A DNA stretch of 64,000 nt from an uncultured virus (IMG/VR IMGVR_UViG_3300038393_001252) (IMGVR_UViG_3300038393_001252); one strand, 5' to 3'. Numbered from the stretch's first letter, positions 37,252-46,880 are shown. The notes: generated by a model not told the origin, from the sequence alone. Translations and numbers: made by a program.

Positions 37252-38270
37252 CACCACGCAGCAAACGGGTGTTGGTAGGTCCGCAAGGGCTTACCGACTG
37301 GGCTCTCAGCCTCCAAGCCAGGAGCCTCTGTCCCGCCCGTTTGTGGCACAAAGACGAACCTGCCAGTCGGGAGATGCCGCGTGGGACTGTGCCGTATATT
37401 GGGCCTCAGCGGGGCGCAATTCAAAGAAGTACCGCTGCGCAGGAATGTGTTTCTGCCGCTATCCGGGTGTAGATCGCAGACGGACTTGTCCGTTTAAGAC
37501 TGTGAGGTTGGTCCCAATACCAGTCTGAATGCAATCAGACCATGCAGTCGGGTAGCGCCAAAAACACATTCCAGGAGTGTCTTTTAGAGGTTGGGTACTG
37601 TGCGAGTGTGAGTCGGAGGATGACCGGCCCCCGTTTGGTCCATGTGAAGGTAGTTTCTACTGAATAGGACGCGTTGGGAGCCCTCTGTTTCCCGAGAGGA
37701 TCCACGCACACCCTGCCCAACCCCTAAAACACACTCCATTGTGGAGGAGACCCCCGGTGCTTGGGTCGAATCAAAAAGAATGTGCGCCGCCAGCTGGGAT
37801 TTTGCAACCCAGCATCCTTTGCGTATCGCTGTGAAGCGACGGCAAAGGCCCGCCGGTTAGTGGAGGACGACTGCCATGTTCGCCATGGGGTTCCTGCTGC
37901 AACACCGCTAGCCGGCGGACCTTTGCTGTCACGCAAACAAGAGGTCGATGATCTGTCAGTCCTCGGTTGGGGTACCGCTCCAACGTAAAAAGCTCAGGTC
38001 CCCTTGTGCCAGTCCGCAAGGGAGAGTTGATTCAGGTAGTCAGCTCCCCTTTGCGGGTCGGTGGTTTATAGGTTCGCGCCCTTTCCGGTTGGGCGAATTC
38101 CGGTTTGGTTGGGCTACCGACCCGCATCCTTGCACCTCCACGCAGTTGCCACTGTTAGGTGTGATCCAACGTCTGTGCGCTAGTCCCCTCTGCAACCTAC
38201 GCCTTTCTCCGTCAGCGTAAGTTGGCATGGATTTGGATCTTAATCCCCGCCTGTGTGCGGGGATTTTTTT
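37252..38270 (+). ncRNA. candidate large (~1 kb) structured non-coding RNA
   Basis: No credible ORF; nested long helices with G-U pairs on the + strand (37574-597/37714-737, 37838-863/37905-930, 38014-056, 37442-452/37562-572); GNRA loops; own promoter and terminator. Confidence 0.75.
38242..38270 (+). terminator. intrinsic terminator
   Basis: AATCCCCGC-ctgtgt-GCGGGGATT-TTTTT. Confidence 0.85.
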
Positions 38271-38339
38271 GACTTTACATCCCCGCACACTTGCTATCCT
38301 GTTGGCTGTACCTGTACACTGCGCGGACCCCACAAACAA

Positions 38340-38702
38340 ATGACCATGGCTGATAAGAGCTTTACGACAGAGTGGACCGGGGGACCGGTCAACTACTACA
38401 TTGTTGAAGTTAAGCACCCGAACCAATTGGGTGAGCCTTACCAGGCTGAGTGCAGCGATATCATTGAGGCGCTCGGCATGGACTTCAATGAGGGCGAGGC
38501 GTTCAAGGCGCTGTGGCGAACGGCTGCGGCACGGACGTTGGGTAAGGCCAAGCGTGGTCACGAGGCGCTGTACAACTACGAGAAGGTGGCGCATTACGGC
38601 AAGCGTAAGGTCATTCTCGAAAAAGCACGCCTCGAATCCCAATCCCTTCCGCAAGCTCTGCGGGACCTCAATCTTCCATCAAGCAAAGGAATAGTAGCAT
38701 GA
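38340..38702 (+). CDS. DUF3310-like protein
   Basis: GGPVNYY...ECSDIIEALGMDFNEGEAFKALWR...KVAHY. Confidence 0.7.
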   Translation: MTMADKSFTTEWTGGPVNYYIVEVKHPNQLGEPYQAECSDIIEALGMDFNEGEAFKALWRTAAARTLGKAKRGHEALYNYEKVAHYGKRKVILEKARLESQSLPQALRDLNLPSSKGIVA

Positions 38703-38914
38703 GAATCTTCAAAGTCAAACGCGGTGACCGCCTCGTTACCACCGGCCCCTTCATTGCCCCGCTGCCCGAGGGTACGAAGGTGTACGAGCTGGACCCTGTG
38801 GAGAACAACATCGAGATGTCCGTGCCCCACGTCCGCGTAACGCTGGACGGGGCGCGTGACCCGGAAGCAATGGCGTTCTTCATCCCCGAAGAAGACGTCG
38901 AAGAACAGGTGTAA
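38699..38914 (+). CDS. hypothetical protein
   Basis: ATGA overlap, 71 aa. Confidence 0.65.
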   Translation: MRIFKVKRGDRLVTTGPFIAPLPEGTKVYELDPVENNIEMSVPHVRVTLDGARDPEAMAFFIPEEDVEEQV

Positions 38915-38921
38915 CCACATC

Positions 38922-39440
38922 ATGGGCATCAACATACGTGCCAAGGGCCAGGTGGGTGAGCGGGAAATCGCTGACGACCTTAACGCCATCATCACTGTGG
39001 TCAGGGCCCAGCTAGGCCTACCCGCGCTCACAAAGCCGCAGGTCCAGCGCAACCAGCAACAGACGGCTGTAGGCGGATGTGACTTGGTTGGTACGTATGG
39101 TTTTGCTATTGAAGTGAAGAGGCAGGAAACCCTCTCGATCAACACTTGGTGGAAGCAGTGCGTTAAGAGCGCTCATGAGGTGCACGGGATTCCTGTGCTC
39201 CTGTTCCGTCAAAACGCTAAGCCCGGGCAGCGCACGAAGTGGCGCTGCGTTACGGTTGCTGAGTTCCAGGGCGCGACGGCGCAAAGCGGAATACCATTTC
39301 GAGCGGAGATGGACTATGACGACTTCAAGGAATGGTTCCGGTGGCACGTCAAAGACAACCTTCGTGCAGAGCATCCTGAACTGGATACGCGGAATCCCGC
39401 CGTCCCCCTCCCGCCAGTCCAATTTGCCATGGGTGGCTAA
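38922..39440 (+). CDS. Holliday junction resolvase-like PD-(D/E)XK nuclease
   Basis: RAKGQVGEREIA, GGCDL, AIEVKRQE. Confidence 0.8.
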   Translation: MGINIRAKGQVGEREIADDLNAIITVVRAQLGLPALTKPQVQRNQQQTAVGGCDLVGTYGFAIEVKRQETLSINTWWKQCVKSAHEVHGIPVLLFRQNAKPGQRTKWRCVTVAEFQGATAQSGIPFRAEMDYDDFKEWFRWHVKDNLRAEHPELDTRNPAVPLPPVQFAMGG

Positions 39441-39441
39441 A

Positions 39442-39684
39442 ATGGAAGACGCAGAGCGCAGGCAGAAGCAGGCTGTACTGGACAAGATCCTGTACGAAGT
39501 CAACGTCATTACGCTCAAAGCCAAAGCGAATATCGAAATGTACGTGCTGGCTTGTAAGCAAGGCGACAAGGAAGAAATGGAACGGCTGCGTGAATCCAGC
39601 CTCGAGCTCCAGGGTGTGTTGCTTGATAAACTAGCCCTACAGGTCCAGCTCTTCCGTGAGCTCGGGCTCAACATTAGCATCTAA
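39442..39684 (+). CDS. hypothetical protein
   Basis: Start MEDAE, 1 nt after the previous stop. Confidence 0.6.
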   Translation: MEDAERRQKQAVLDKILYEVNVITLKAKANIEMYVLACKQGDKEEMERLRESSLELQGVLLDKLALQVQLFRELGLNISI

Positions 39685-39829
39685 CCCACACCCGGTTTCG
39701 CCCGGTCAGCGCGAATTATCCTAGGCGCCTGCCTTTTCTCAAACCCGCAAAGTCGTATGCTTGGGCCAAAGCAATAACAAGGCCTGACCTCCCTCTGTTA
39801 CGGCCTTTTCACTAAGTAGGAGCAGTGAA

Positions 39830-39988
39830 ATGACCGAAGCAGAAGAATACGCCAAGTGGTGCATGCGTAAGAGCATGGACATGAACGGGGATGTGCGCAA
39901 GCTGCCCCGCGATGAGAGGCAATATGACGCGAAACCTTCTGAAGTGCCTTGCACAGAACCCAAGGAGGCATCAGATGTTCAAGAGTGA
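39830..39988 (+). CDS. small hypothetical protein (52 aa, not in ORF track)
   Basis: AGGAG RBS, MTEAEEYAKW... Confidence 0.5.
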   Translation: MTEAEEYAKWCMRKSMDMNGDVRKLPRDERQYDAKPSEVPCTEPKEASDVQE

Positions 39989-40178
39989 ATTCTTTTCTCA
40001 AGCAGCACAGGGGACTCCTGCTGTTGGCGGGACCTGGCTGTATTGGGCCACTAGCTTGAACTGGATTGGCTTCCTGACGGGCTGCTATGTGGTTATCCAG
40101 GCTGCGTACCTGCTGCGGAAATGGTGGCGGGAAGAGAAAGACTGGATGCGCGGTAGGCGCAAAGGACCTAAGCAATGA
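39975..40178 (+). CDS. holin
   Basis: AGGAGG RBS, hydrophobic core, highly basic C-terminus, overlaps the endolysin start. Confidence 0.75.
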   Translation: MFKSEFFSQAAQGTPAVGGTWLYWATSLNWIGFLTGCYVVIQAAYLLRKWWREEKDWMRGRRKGPKQ

Positions 40179-40735
40179 ACTTTGAAGATGTGATTGACGA
40201 TGTCATTGCCAGGGAGAAGGGTTTTGTCGATCATCCGAATGACCGCGGCGGTCCAACCAATTGGGGCATCACACAAGCCACCGCCGCCAAATGGGGTTAC
40301 ACGGGTGCAATGCAGAACCTACCTGTGTCCGTCGCGCGTGAAATCTACAGGGACCGCTACATCGCGGCGCCTAAGTTTGATAAGGTGGCAGAGATCGATG
40401 AAGGCGTCGGACGAAGGCTTGTGGACGCAGGGGTGCTTATGGGCCCGGCGCGCGTTTCCCCGATGTTCCAAGAGTGGCTCAATGCGTTTAACATGCAAGG
40501 AAGCCGCTATGCAGATGTGTTTGTGGACGGTCGGATTGGCTCTGTTACTCTTAGCGCTTTTCGTGCTTATCGTAGGTGGAGAGGTGCTGAAGGTGCTGAG
40601 GTCATGCGGTACGCGATTGCGTGTAGCCAGGGTGGACACTTCTTGCAACTTGCTAAGTCGCAAGTGACGCAGGAGGATTTCATTTACGGCTGGATGCTAC
40701 AGCGTGTGGTCACGACCTTGAAAGAGGGCGCGTGA
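40175..40735 (+). CDS. endolysin, GH108 with peptidoglycan-binding domain
   Basis: REKGFVDHPNDRGGPTNWGIT, VDGRIG, FIYGW. Confidence 0.92.
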   Translation: MNFEDVIDDVIAREKGFVDHPNDRGGPTNWGITQATAAKWGYTGAMQNLPVSVAREIYRDRYIAAPKFDKVAEIDEGVGRRLVDAGVLMGPARVSPMFQEWLNAFNMQGSRYADVFVDGRIGSVTLSAFRAYRRWRGAEGAEVMRYAIACSQGGHFLQLAKSQVTQEDFIYGWMLQRVVTTLKEGA

Positions 40736-40765
40736 AATATTAACCCACTGTGAGGAGTAGATGAT

Positions 40766-41041
40766 ATGTTTGGTCTTTCGAAAATCTTTGTCCTTTTGGA
40801 CCTTTTGCGTAAGGGTGAGTCCCTTACGAACGCGGCAACCTGGAAGAACGTCTCGACGCTCACCATGGTGCTCAGCGGCATGTTCGTTGCCATTGTGCAG
40901 TACCTTGCCGCGCAGGGCGTCCAGCTCCCCTTCGGCGAAGCTGAGGCTACTACGGTGGCTAGCGCCATTGCTATCGTTGTCGGCGTGTTCCTCAACTACG
41001 CCACTTCCGATAAGGTTGGAATCTTGCCGCCCAAAGATTGA
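40766..41041 (+). CDS. lysis-cassette membrane protein
   Basis: Two hydrophobic helices, GAGGAG RBS, follows the endolysin. Confidence 0.7.
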   Translation: MFGLSKIFVLLDLLRKGESLTNAATWKNVSTLTMVLSGMFVAIVQYLAAQGVQLPFGEAEATTVASAIAIVVGVFLNYATSDKVGILPPKD

Positions 41042-41153
41042 GGTGACGAAGGCGGAACCTGGGCCGCCTCCCCTCTACTGCACTAAAGCCGGTCCTTCGC
41101 AGCCTGCAATTTGTATTGCTGCTGTAAAGGCCGGCTTTAGTTGCGAGTTTTAG
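40893..41153 (+). CDS. overlapping lipoprotein (o-spanin-like); start uncertain
   Basis: Alternative frame RLLRWLAPLLSLSA-C (Cys codon 40986), Pro/Cys-rich mature part. Confidence 0.5.
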   Translation: MCSTLPRRASSSPSAKLRLLRWLAPLLSLSACSSTTPLPIRLESCRPKIEVTKAEPGPPPLYCTKAGPSQPAICIAAVKAGFSCEF

Positions 41154-41211
41154 TATCTGACCTCGCGGATCAGCTATACTCCAGGAAAGCGACCTCCGAT
41201 AGGAGATCAAA

Positions 41212-41727
41212 ATGGCCGCAATTCCAGATCCTCCAAGGGAAGAAGATTACATCAGGGCAGACACGATGACCGAGCGTGAAAAGGCGCTCCGGGATATGTT
41301 CGTGGCTGAGTATTTGATTGACTACAACCAAGTCAACGCCGCCATGCGTTGCGGGTTCCCGCGCGAGTTCGCAGTGCGCTACGCCAGCCAGTTCATGGAC
41401 GAGGCGTATGTGCAACGGAAGATTAAGAGTGTTGAATACACTGGAAACGACGAGGTTGCAGAAGCTGAGTACAACCGCAAGCGGATTAAGAACCAGCTGA
41501 TGCGTGAGGCGCACTACAGGGGCCCCGGTAGTAGCCACGCTGCCCGTGTCAGTGCGCTTGCCGCGCTGGCGAAGCTGGAAAACATGGAACCGGCGTCGCA
41601 GCATAAGCACGATGTGAACATGCAGGGTGGCGTGATGCGTATCCCTGCGCCTCCCAATAGCACGGAAGCATGGGAAGCCACAGCGGTGCAAAGCCAGGCG
41701 GACCTGGCCAATGGCAAGATTAGTTGA
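41212..41727 (+). CDS. terS: terminase small subunit
   Basis: FVAEYLIDYNQVNAAMRCGF, ARVSAL; precedes terL. Confidence 0.88.
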   Translation: MAAIPDPPREEDYIRADTMTEREKALRDMFVAEYLIDYNQVNAAMRCGFPREFAVRYASQFMDEAYVQRKIKSVEYTGNDEVAEAEYNRKRIKNQLMREAHYRGPGSSHAARVSALAALAKLENMEPASQHKHDVNMQGGVMRIPAPPNSTEAWEATAVQSQADLANGKIS

Positions 41728-43252
41728 CGGCGTCAAAGTAGTCTGGGAACCCCTGCCCGGGTCCCAGACTCTCATGATGACGTGCCCTGCGCACGTCTTA
41801 CTCGTGCACGGCACACGGGGTCCAGGGAAGACAGATGGGCAGCTCATGCGCTTCCGCCAATGGGTGGGGCAGGGGTTTGGGCGGCACTGGCGCGGCGTCA
41901 TATTTGACCGCGAGTACAAGAACCTGGACGACTTGGTGAGCAAGAGCTTGAGGTGGTTCCCAGAGTTCAAGGACGGGTGCCGCTTCCTTAGCAGCAAAAG
42001 CGATTACAGGTGGGTGTGGAAGACAGGTGAAGAACTGTTGTTCCGGACCATCGAGCGCCCCCAGGATTACTGGAACTACCACGGGCAAGAATTCCCCTTC
42101 ATTGGCTGGAACGAGCTAACGAAGTACCCGACCGATGAGTTGTTTGAAATGATGATGAGCTGCAACCGCAGTTCATTTAGACCTGAGGACTACCCGATTT
42201 ATGACCGCGCTGGGCGTGTTATTGGGTACCCACCCAAGATGCCGCTGGAGGTGGTGGCAACGACAAACCCATTTGGACCTGGGCACAATTGGGTGAAAAA
42301 GAAGTTTATTAAGGCTGGGCGCCCTGGACAGATTGTGCGGAAGACTGTGCGGGTGTTTAACCCACAGACGCGCAAGGAAGAAGACTTTGTAACGACGCAG
42401 ACGCATCTGTTTGGTACGTACAAAGAGAACAAGTATCTGGACCCGAAGTACGTGGCAGAGCTTGTGAGCATGACGGACATTAATAAGAAGAAGGCTTGGC
42501 TGGAGGGGAGCTGGGACATTGTGAGCGGAGGTATGTTTGACGATGTGTGGTCAGCAGACCATAACTTGGTTGGCGCCTTTAAGATTCCCCACACCTGGAA
42601 AATCAACCGCAGCTTTGACTGGGGCAGCACCAAACCGTTTAGCGTGGGCTGGTGGGCCGAGAGCGACGGGAGTGATGTGCTGCTGCCGGACGGGCGGTAT
42701 AGGAGCACGGTGAAGGGAGACTTGTTCCGAATCCGCGAATGGTACGGCACCACGGGTAAGGCCAACCAAGGCCTCCAGATGCTCGCATCCGATGTCGCAA
42801 AAGGTATAATCGAGCGCGAACTCGCATGGGGCATCCATGGGCGCGTGGTACCTGGACCTGCTGACGGTAGCATATTTGACGTCGAGAACGGCGGAAGTAT
42901 TGCTGCCGATATGTCTAAACCACAGCGTCTGGATGACGGCAAGATGTATCCGGGTGTTATGTGGACGCGTGCTGATAAGAGTCCTGGTTCCAGAAGGAAC
43001 GGGTGGGAGCGTTGCAGAACGTATATCCAGCATGCACAGCCTCCAGGTCCCGGGCAGCCGCGGGAAAAGCCTGGCTTGTTTGTATTTGGAGAATACTGCG
43101 AACACTTTGTTGAACTCGTCCCGATATTGCCACGCGACGAGAAAGACCCGGAAGACGTGGATACAGATAGTGAAGACCACATTGGCGACGAATTTCGCTA
43201 CCGCGTGCTGGATGCGGGCGGTGCGAAGAGCGGAACGACGAAGGGAACGTGA
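41711..43252 (+). CDS. terL: terminase large subunit
   Basis: GTRGPGKT, GWNEL, TTNP, FDWG, EDHIGDEFRY. Confidence 0.95.
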   Translation: MARLVDGVKVVWEPLPGSQTLMMTCPAHVLLVHGTRGPGKTDGQLMRFRQWVGQGFGRHWRGVIFDREYKNLDDLVSKSLRWFPEFKDGCRFLSSKSDYRWVWKTGEELLFRTIERPQDYWNYHGQEFPFIGWNELTKYPTDELFEMMMSCNRSSFRPEDYPIYDRAGRVIGYPPKMPLEVVATTNPFGPGHNWVKKKFIKAGRPGQIVRKTVRVFNPQTRKEEDFVTTQTHLFGTYKENKYLDPKYVAELVSMTDINKKKAWLEGSWDIVSGGMFDDVWSADHNLVGAFKIPHTWKINRSFDWGSTKPFSVGWWAESDGSDVLLPDGRYRSTVKGDLFRIREWYGTTGKANQGLQMLASDVAKGIIERELAWGIHGRVVPGPADGSIFDVENGGSIAADMSKPQRLDDGKMYPGVMWTRADKSPGSRRNGWERCRTYIQHAQPPGPGQPREKPGLFVFGEYCEHFVELVPILPRDEKDPEDVDTDSEDHIGDEFRYRVLDAGGAKSGTTKGT

Positions 43253-43254
43253 GC

Positions 43255-44781
43255 ATGAGCATTAGAGATGTACATCCGTTGTACGCAGATAGCAAACCTG
43301 ATTGGGACATGCTGCGTGACGCGTTCAAGGGTGAAAGGCATGTAAAGGGGAAGGGGTCGGTGTACCTGCCCCCGCTTGTTAGCCATGTGCTGGACGGCAT
43401 GAACAAGCCGACGGACAAGGGCAAGATCGCGTATGAGTCCTACCTGATGCGGGCGGTGTTCCCTGACTACGTACAGGTGGGCGTGGAGACGTTGGTGGGG
43501 GTGCTGAATGCGCAACCAGCGAAGTTCCAGCTCCCGGCCAAGATGGAGTACCTGCTGAAGAAGGCGACGAACAAGGGCGAGAGCCTGGATGCGTTGCTGC
43601 GGCGGATACATGAACAGGTTCTGATTACCGGGCGGGTTGGGTTGCTTGGAGATTTGCCAGCGCGACCGGACCCGAAGAACCCGCTGCCGTACATGGCGCT
43701 TTACACCGCGGAATCGATCCTGAACTGGGACGACGGTGAAGCGGAGGACATGGCCGAGACCTTGAACTTGGTGGTGCTGGACGAGACCACGAACAAGCGC
43801 ACGGGTGCTTCCTGGGAGCGGAAGGAGATTTACCGCGCACTGATCCTTGGCACCGCAGACGCGAACGAAACCAAGGGCGTCTACAAGTTCGGGGTCTTTG
43901 ACGGCGAACAAGACTTCGTGGAAGACCAAATGACAACGGCAATGCTGCGGGGCAAACCGTTGGACGAGATTCCCTTTGTATTCATTAACGCAAAGGACAA
44001 CTTGACTGAACCGGATGTGCCCCCGCTCCTTGGCCTGGGCCGCCTCTGCTACACCATCTACCGCGCGGAAGCAGACTACCGCTTCACGTTGTTCATGCAG
44101 GGCCAGGACACCCTTGTGGTTATCGGCGGCGTGCTGGATACGAACGTGAACGCTGGGGAGAGCCTGCGGGTTGGTGCTGGTGCGCGCATTGACGTGAACC
44201 TTGGCGGGGACGCTAAATACATTGGCGTTAGCAGTGACGGGTTGAGCGAACAGAAGGAAGCCATCCAGAACGACAAGATGGCTGCGGCTGTGCGGACGGG
44301 ACAGTTGCTGGCACCAGGCAAGATGTCGATGGAGAGCGGTGAGGCGCTCAAGACGCGTGTTGCGGCGCAGACTGCTACACTTACCAGCGTTGCGCTCAGC
44401 AGCGCCTGGGGCCTCGAGCGGTTGCTGCGCACGCTTGCTAAGTGGATGGGCGAGAAGCCAGAAGAAGTGAAGGTTGTACCTAACCTCGACTTCACCAACG
44501 TGGCAATTGAAGGCCAGGACATCGTGCAGCTCATTACGGCTAAGAACCTGGGCTACCCCATTAGCTATGAGAGCCTGCACAAGATTGCGAAGGCGCGTGG
44601 ACTGGTGGACACCACGTTCGCGGAAGAAATGGCGCTCATTGAAAAAGACCCGACGCTGCTGATGGACAGGGCGGAAAAGATGGCCGTTGGCTTGAAGGGG
44701 AACAATGCATTGGAAGCGGCGGGTGGGCCTAAGAAGACTCCGACGCAAAGTAACAAGACTGGGAACAAGCCCAAGAAGTAA
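43255..44781 (+). CDS. portal protein
   Basis: ~510 aa after terL; YLPP, YESYLMRAVF, PPLLGL, ESGEAL. Confidence 0.9.
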   Translation: MSIRDVHPLYADSKPDWDMLRDAFKGERHVKGKGSVYLPPLVSHVLDGMNKPTDKGKIAYESYLMRAVFPDYVQVGVETLVGVLNAQPAKFQLPAKMEYLLKKATNKGESLDALLRRIHEQVLITGRVGLLGDLPARPDPKNPLPYMALYTAESILNWDDGEAEDMAETLNLVVLDETTNKRTGASWERKEIYRALILGTADANETKGVYKFGVFDGEQDFVEDQMTTAMLRGKPLDEIPFVFINAKDNLTEPDVPPLLGLGRLCYTIYRAEADYRFTLFMQGQDTLVVIGGVLDTNVNAGESLRVGAGARIDVNLGGDAKYIGVSSDGLSEQKEAIQNDKMAAAVRTGQLLAPGKMSMESGEALKTRVAAQTATLTSVALSSAWGLERLLRTLAKWMGEKPEEVKVVPNLDFTNVAIEGQDIVQLITAKNLGYPISYESLHKIAKARGLVDTTFAEEMALIEKDPTLLMDRAEKMAVGLKGNNALEAAGGPKKTPTQSNKTGNKPKK

Positions 44782-44837
44782 AGAATTGGCGGAATGGTCC
44801 GCTAATAAACGCAGAGTGATTCTGCAGGAGTAGGTAG

Positions 44838-45665
44838 ATGAAAGAGCTGGAGCTCGTCGTTGACGACATTAGCACGGTGGATAGCGAATACCAGGGCCTC
44901 TATGAAGAGCGCGAGGGTAAGCACCACCTGACGATTGCTGTGAAGGGCATGAAGCCCGAAGCAGAGTTCACGCGCGTGCATGAGGCACTGCGCAAAGAAC
45001 GCACTGACCACAACAAGACGCGTGAGCAGTTGAAGCCGTTTGCGGGATTGAACATCGAAGAGGTGCAAAGCCAACTGGCTCGCATCCCTGAGCTGGAGAT
45101 TGCCGCGGAAGGGAAGATCGACGACAAGAAGGTTGACAAGATTGTGGAGCAACGCATTGCCGGTAGGCTGGGCCCGGTGCAACGCGAACGCGACACCTTG
45201 AAAGCCCAAAACGAAGAACTGACCAAGGTGGTGGACGGCTACAAGTCCAAAGACAAGACGCGCACGATCCATGACGCCGTGCGTACCGCTGCCCAAAAGG
45301 CAAAGGTGCGGGATACGGCGGTGGAAGACGCGTTGCTGTACGCGGAACGCACGTTTGAAGTCGACGAAAGCACCGGACAGGTGATTGCGAAGGACGGTGT
45401 TGGGGTTACGCCTGGCATTGACCCCGTGACCTGGCTGACCGAAATGACCAACAAGCGTCCGCACTGGTTTGCCGAAAGCGTTGGTGGTGGGGCTGGCGGA
45501 AACCGCGGCGCAGGTGGCGGCGGAACCACCAACCCCTTCACCAACGAACACTGGAACTTGACTGAGCAGGGCAGGCTGGTGCGTGAGAACCGGGCGCAGG
45601 CCGAGAACATGGCCAAGGCGGCTGGTACGAGCATTGGCGGAGGTAAGCCCCCGCCGCGCAAGTAA
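44838..45665 (+). CDS. capsid scaffolding protein
   Basis: Coiled coil, PHWF, GGGAGG, NPF...WNLTEQ; precedes the MCP. Confidence 0.8.
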   Translation: MKELELVVDDISTVDSEYQGLYEEREGKHHLTIAVKGMKPEAEFTRVHEALRKERTDHNKTREQLKPFAGLNIEEVQSQLARIPELEIAAEGKIDDKKVDKIVEQRIAGRLGPVQRERDTLKAQNEELTKVVDGYKSKDKTRTIHDAVRTAAQKAKVRDTAVEDALLYAERTFEVDESTGQVIAKDGVGVTPGIDPVTWLTEMTNKRPHWFAESVGGGAGGNRGAGGGGTTNPFTNEHWNLTEQGRLVRENRAQAENMAKAAGTSIGGGKPPPRK

Positions 45666-45679
45666 GATATTTATCTAAC

Positions 45680-45708
45680 TTGTCGGATCTGGAACCCCAT
45701 GCTACATT
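45680..45708 (+). promoter_or_regulatory. sigma70-type promoter of the major capsid gene
   Basis: TTGTCG-17 nt-TACATT with TG extension. Confidence 0.6.
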
Positions 45709-45816
45709 ACGACGCAATGAAGCATGGGCTTCAGTAATTTCCCTTTCGAATGCCTTCCATGGGGACCGGCTTCGAGTTTAGCAACTTGAGCCATAACCCT
45801 TACGAAGGAGCTAGAA

Positions 45817-46839
45817 ATGGCAATTGTGAAAGTTTCAGATGTTGTTGTGCCAGAGGTCTTCACGGGCTACAGCCAACAACTCACCATGGAGCTCTCCGCC
45901 CTGGTGCAATCCGGTGCCGCTGTTAGCGACCCTGTGCTGAATGCGGACCTGGCTGGTGCCGGTCTCACGTTCAACGAACCCAGCTTCAAGGACGTGGACA
46001 ACGTGGCGGAAAACGTCGCTACGGACGACGAGACCCAAAAGAGCACCCCGCAGAAGATCGGTTCCCTGACCGAAATCCAGGTGCGCCTGTCTCGCAACCA
46101 ATCCTGGTCCAGCATGGACCTGGCGGGCGACCTGATTGCCCGTGACCCGATGGATGCGATGGCACGCCGCGTCGGCCACTACTGGGCTCTGCGTCTGCAG
46201 GCCGCGTTCATTGCTACCATGAAGGGCGTGTTTGCGGACAACGACGCGGCCCCGACTGGCACGGAGCACGTGCAGTACGACCTGACCAAGGACGTCTCTG
46301 GCGCCTCCTACGCAGCTGGCGTGACCAACTTCACCGCGGAAAACTTCATCGACACCACCGTCCTGCTGGGCGATGCGATGGGTGGCCTGGCGATGATCGC
46401 TGTGCATAGCATTACCTATGCCCGGATGCAGAAGAACAACCTGATCGACTTCATCCCGGACAGCGAAGGTCGCGTGAACATCCCGACGTTCCTGGGCCGC
46501 CGCGTCATTATTGATGATGCGATGCCCAACAGCGGTGGCGTGTTCGAAAGCTGGCTCTTTGGCCCCGGTGTGGTCAGGCTAGGCATGGGTTCGCCCAAGG
46601 TGCCCACGGAAGTTTGGCGTGACCCCGCTGCCGGTAACGGCTCCGGTCAGGAAGTGCTGCACTCCCGCATCGAGCTGTGCCTGCACCCCGTCGGCCACGC
46701 CTACGTCGGTACCCCGGCGAACGGCGGCCCCAGCAACGCCGCTACCACCAACAACCTGGCCCACCAGGACAGCTGGAAGCGCGTGTTCCCTGAGCGCAAG
46801 CAAATCAAGATTGCGCGCCTCAAGACCCGCGAATTCTAA
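45817..46839 (+). CDS. major capsid protein
   Basis: 340 aa, DVVVPEVF, VHS, FLGRRVIIDDAMP, LHPVG; AAGGAG RBS. Confidence 0.92.
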   Translation: MAIVKVSDVVVPEVFTGYSQQLTMELSALVQSGAAVSDPVLNADLAGAGLTFNEPSFKDVDNVAENVATDDETQKSTPQKIGSLTEIQVRLSRNQSWSSMDLAGDLIARDPMDAMARRVGHYWALRLQAAFIATMKGVFADNDAAPTGTEHVQYDLTKDVSGASYAAGVTNFTAENFIDTTVLLGDAMGGLAMIAVHSITYARMQKNNLIDFIPDSEGRVNIPTFLGRRVIIDDAMPNSGGVFESWLFGPGVVRLGMGSPKVPTEVWRDPAAGNGSGQEVLHSRIELCLHPVGHAYVGTPANGGPSNAATTNNLAHQDSWKRVFPERKQIKIARLKTREF

Positions 46840-46852
46840 TTCGCCAATGCAT

Positions 46853-46880
46853 GAGGAAAGGCCCTTCGGGGTCTTTTCTC
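46853..46880 (+). terminator. intrinsic terminator after the MCP
   Basis: GAGGAAAGGCCC-TTCG-GGGTCTTTTCTC. Confidence 0.75.

Noticed and set aside
37203..38220. Short ORFs (60-90 aa) on both strands of the structured segment
   Set aside because: No convincing RBS or motifs, and they do not tile; long-range pairing explains the sequence better
37252..38270. tRNA cluster or self-splicing intron
   Set aside because: No cloverleaf recognised by eye, no interrupted flanking gene and no intron-encoded ORF; tRNAscan and Rfam are still needed
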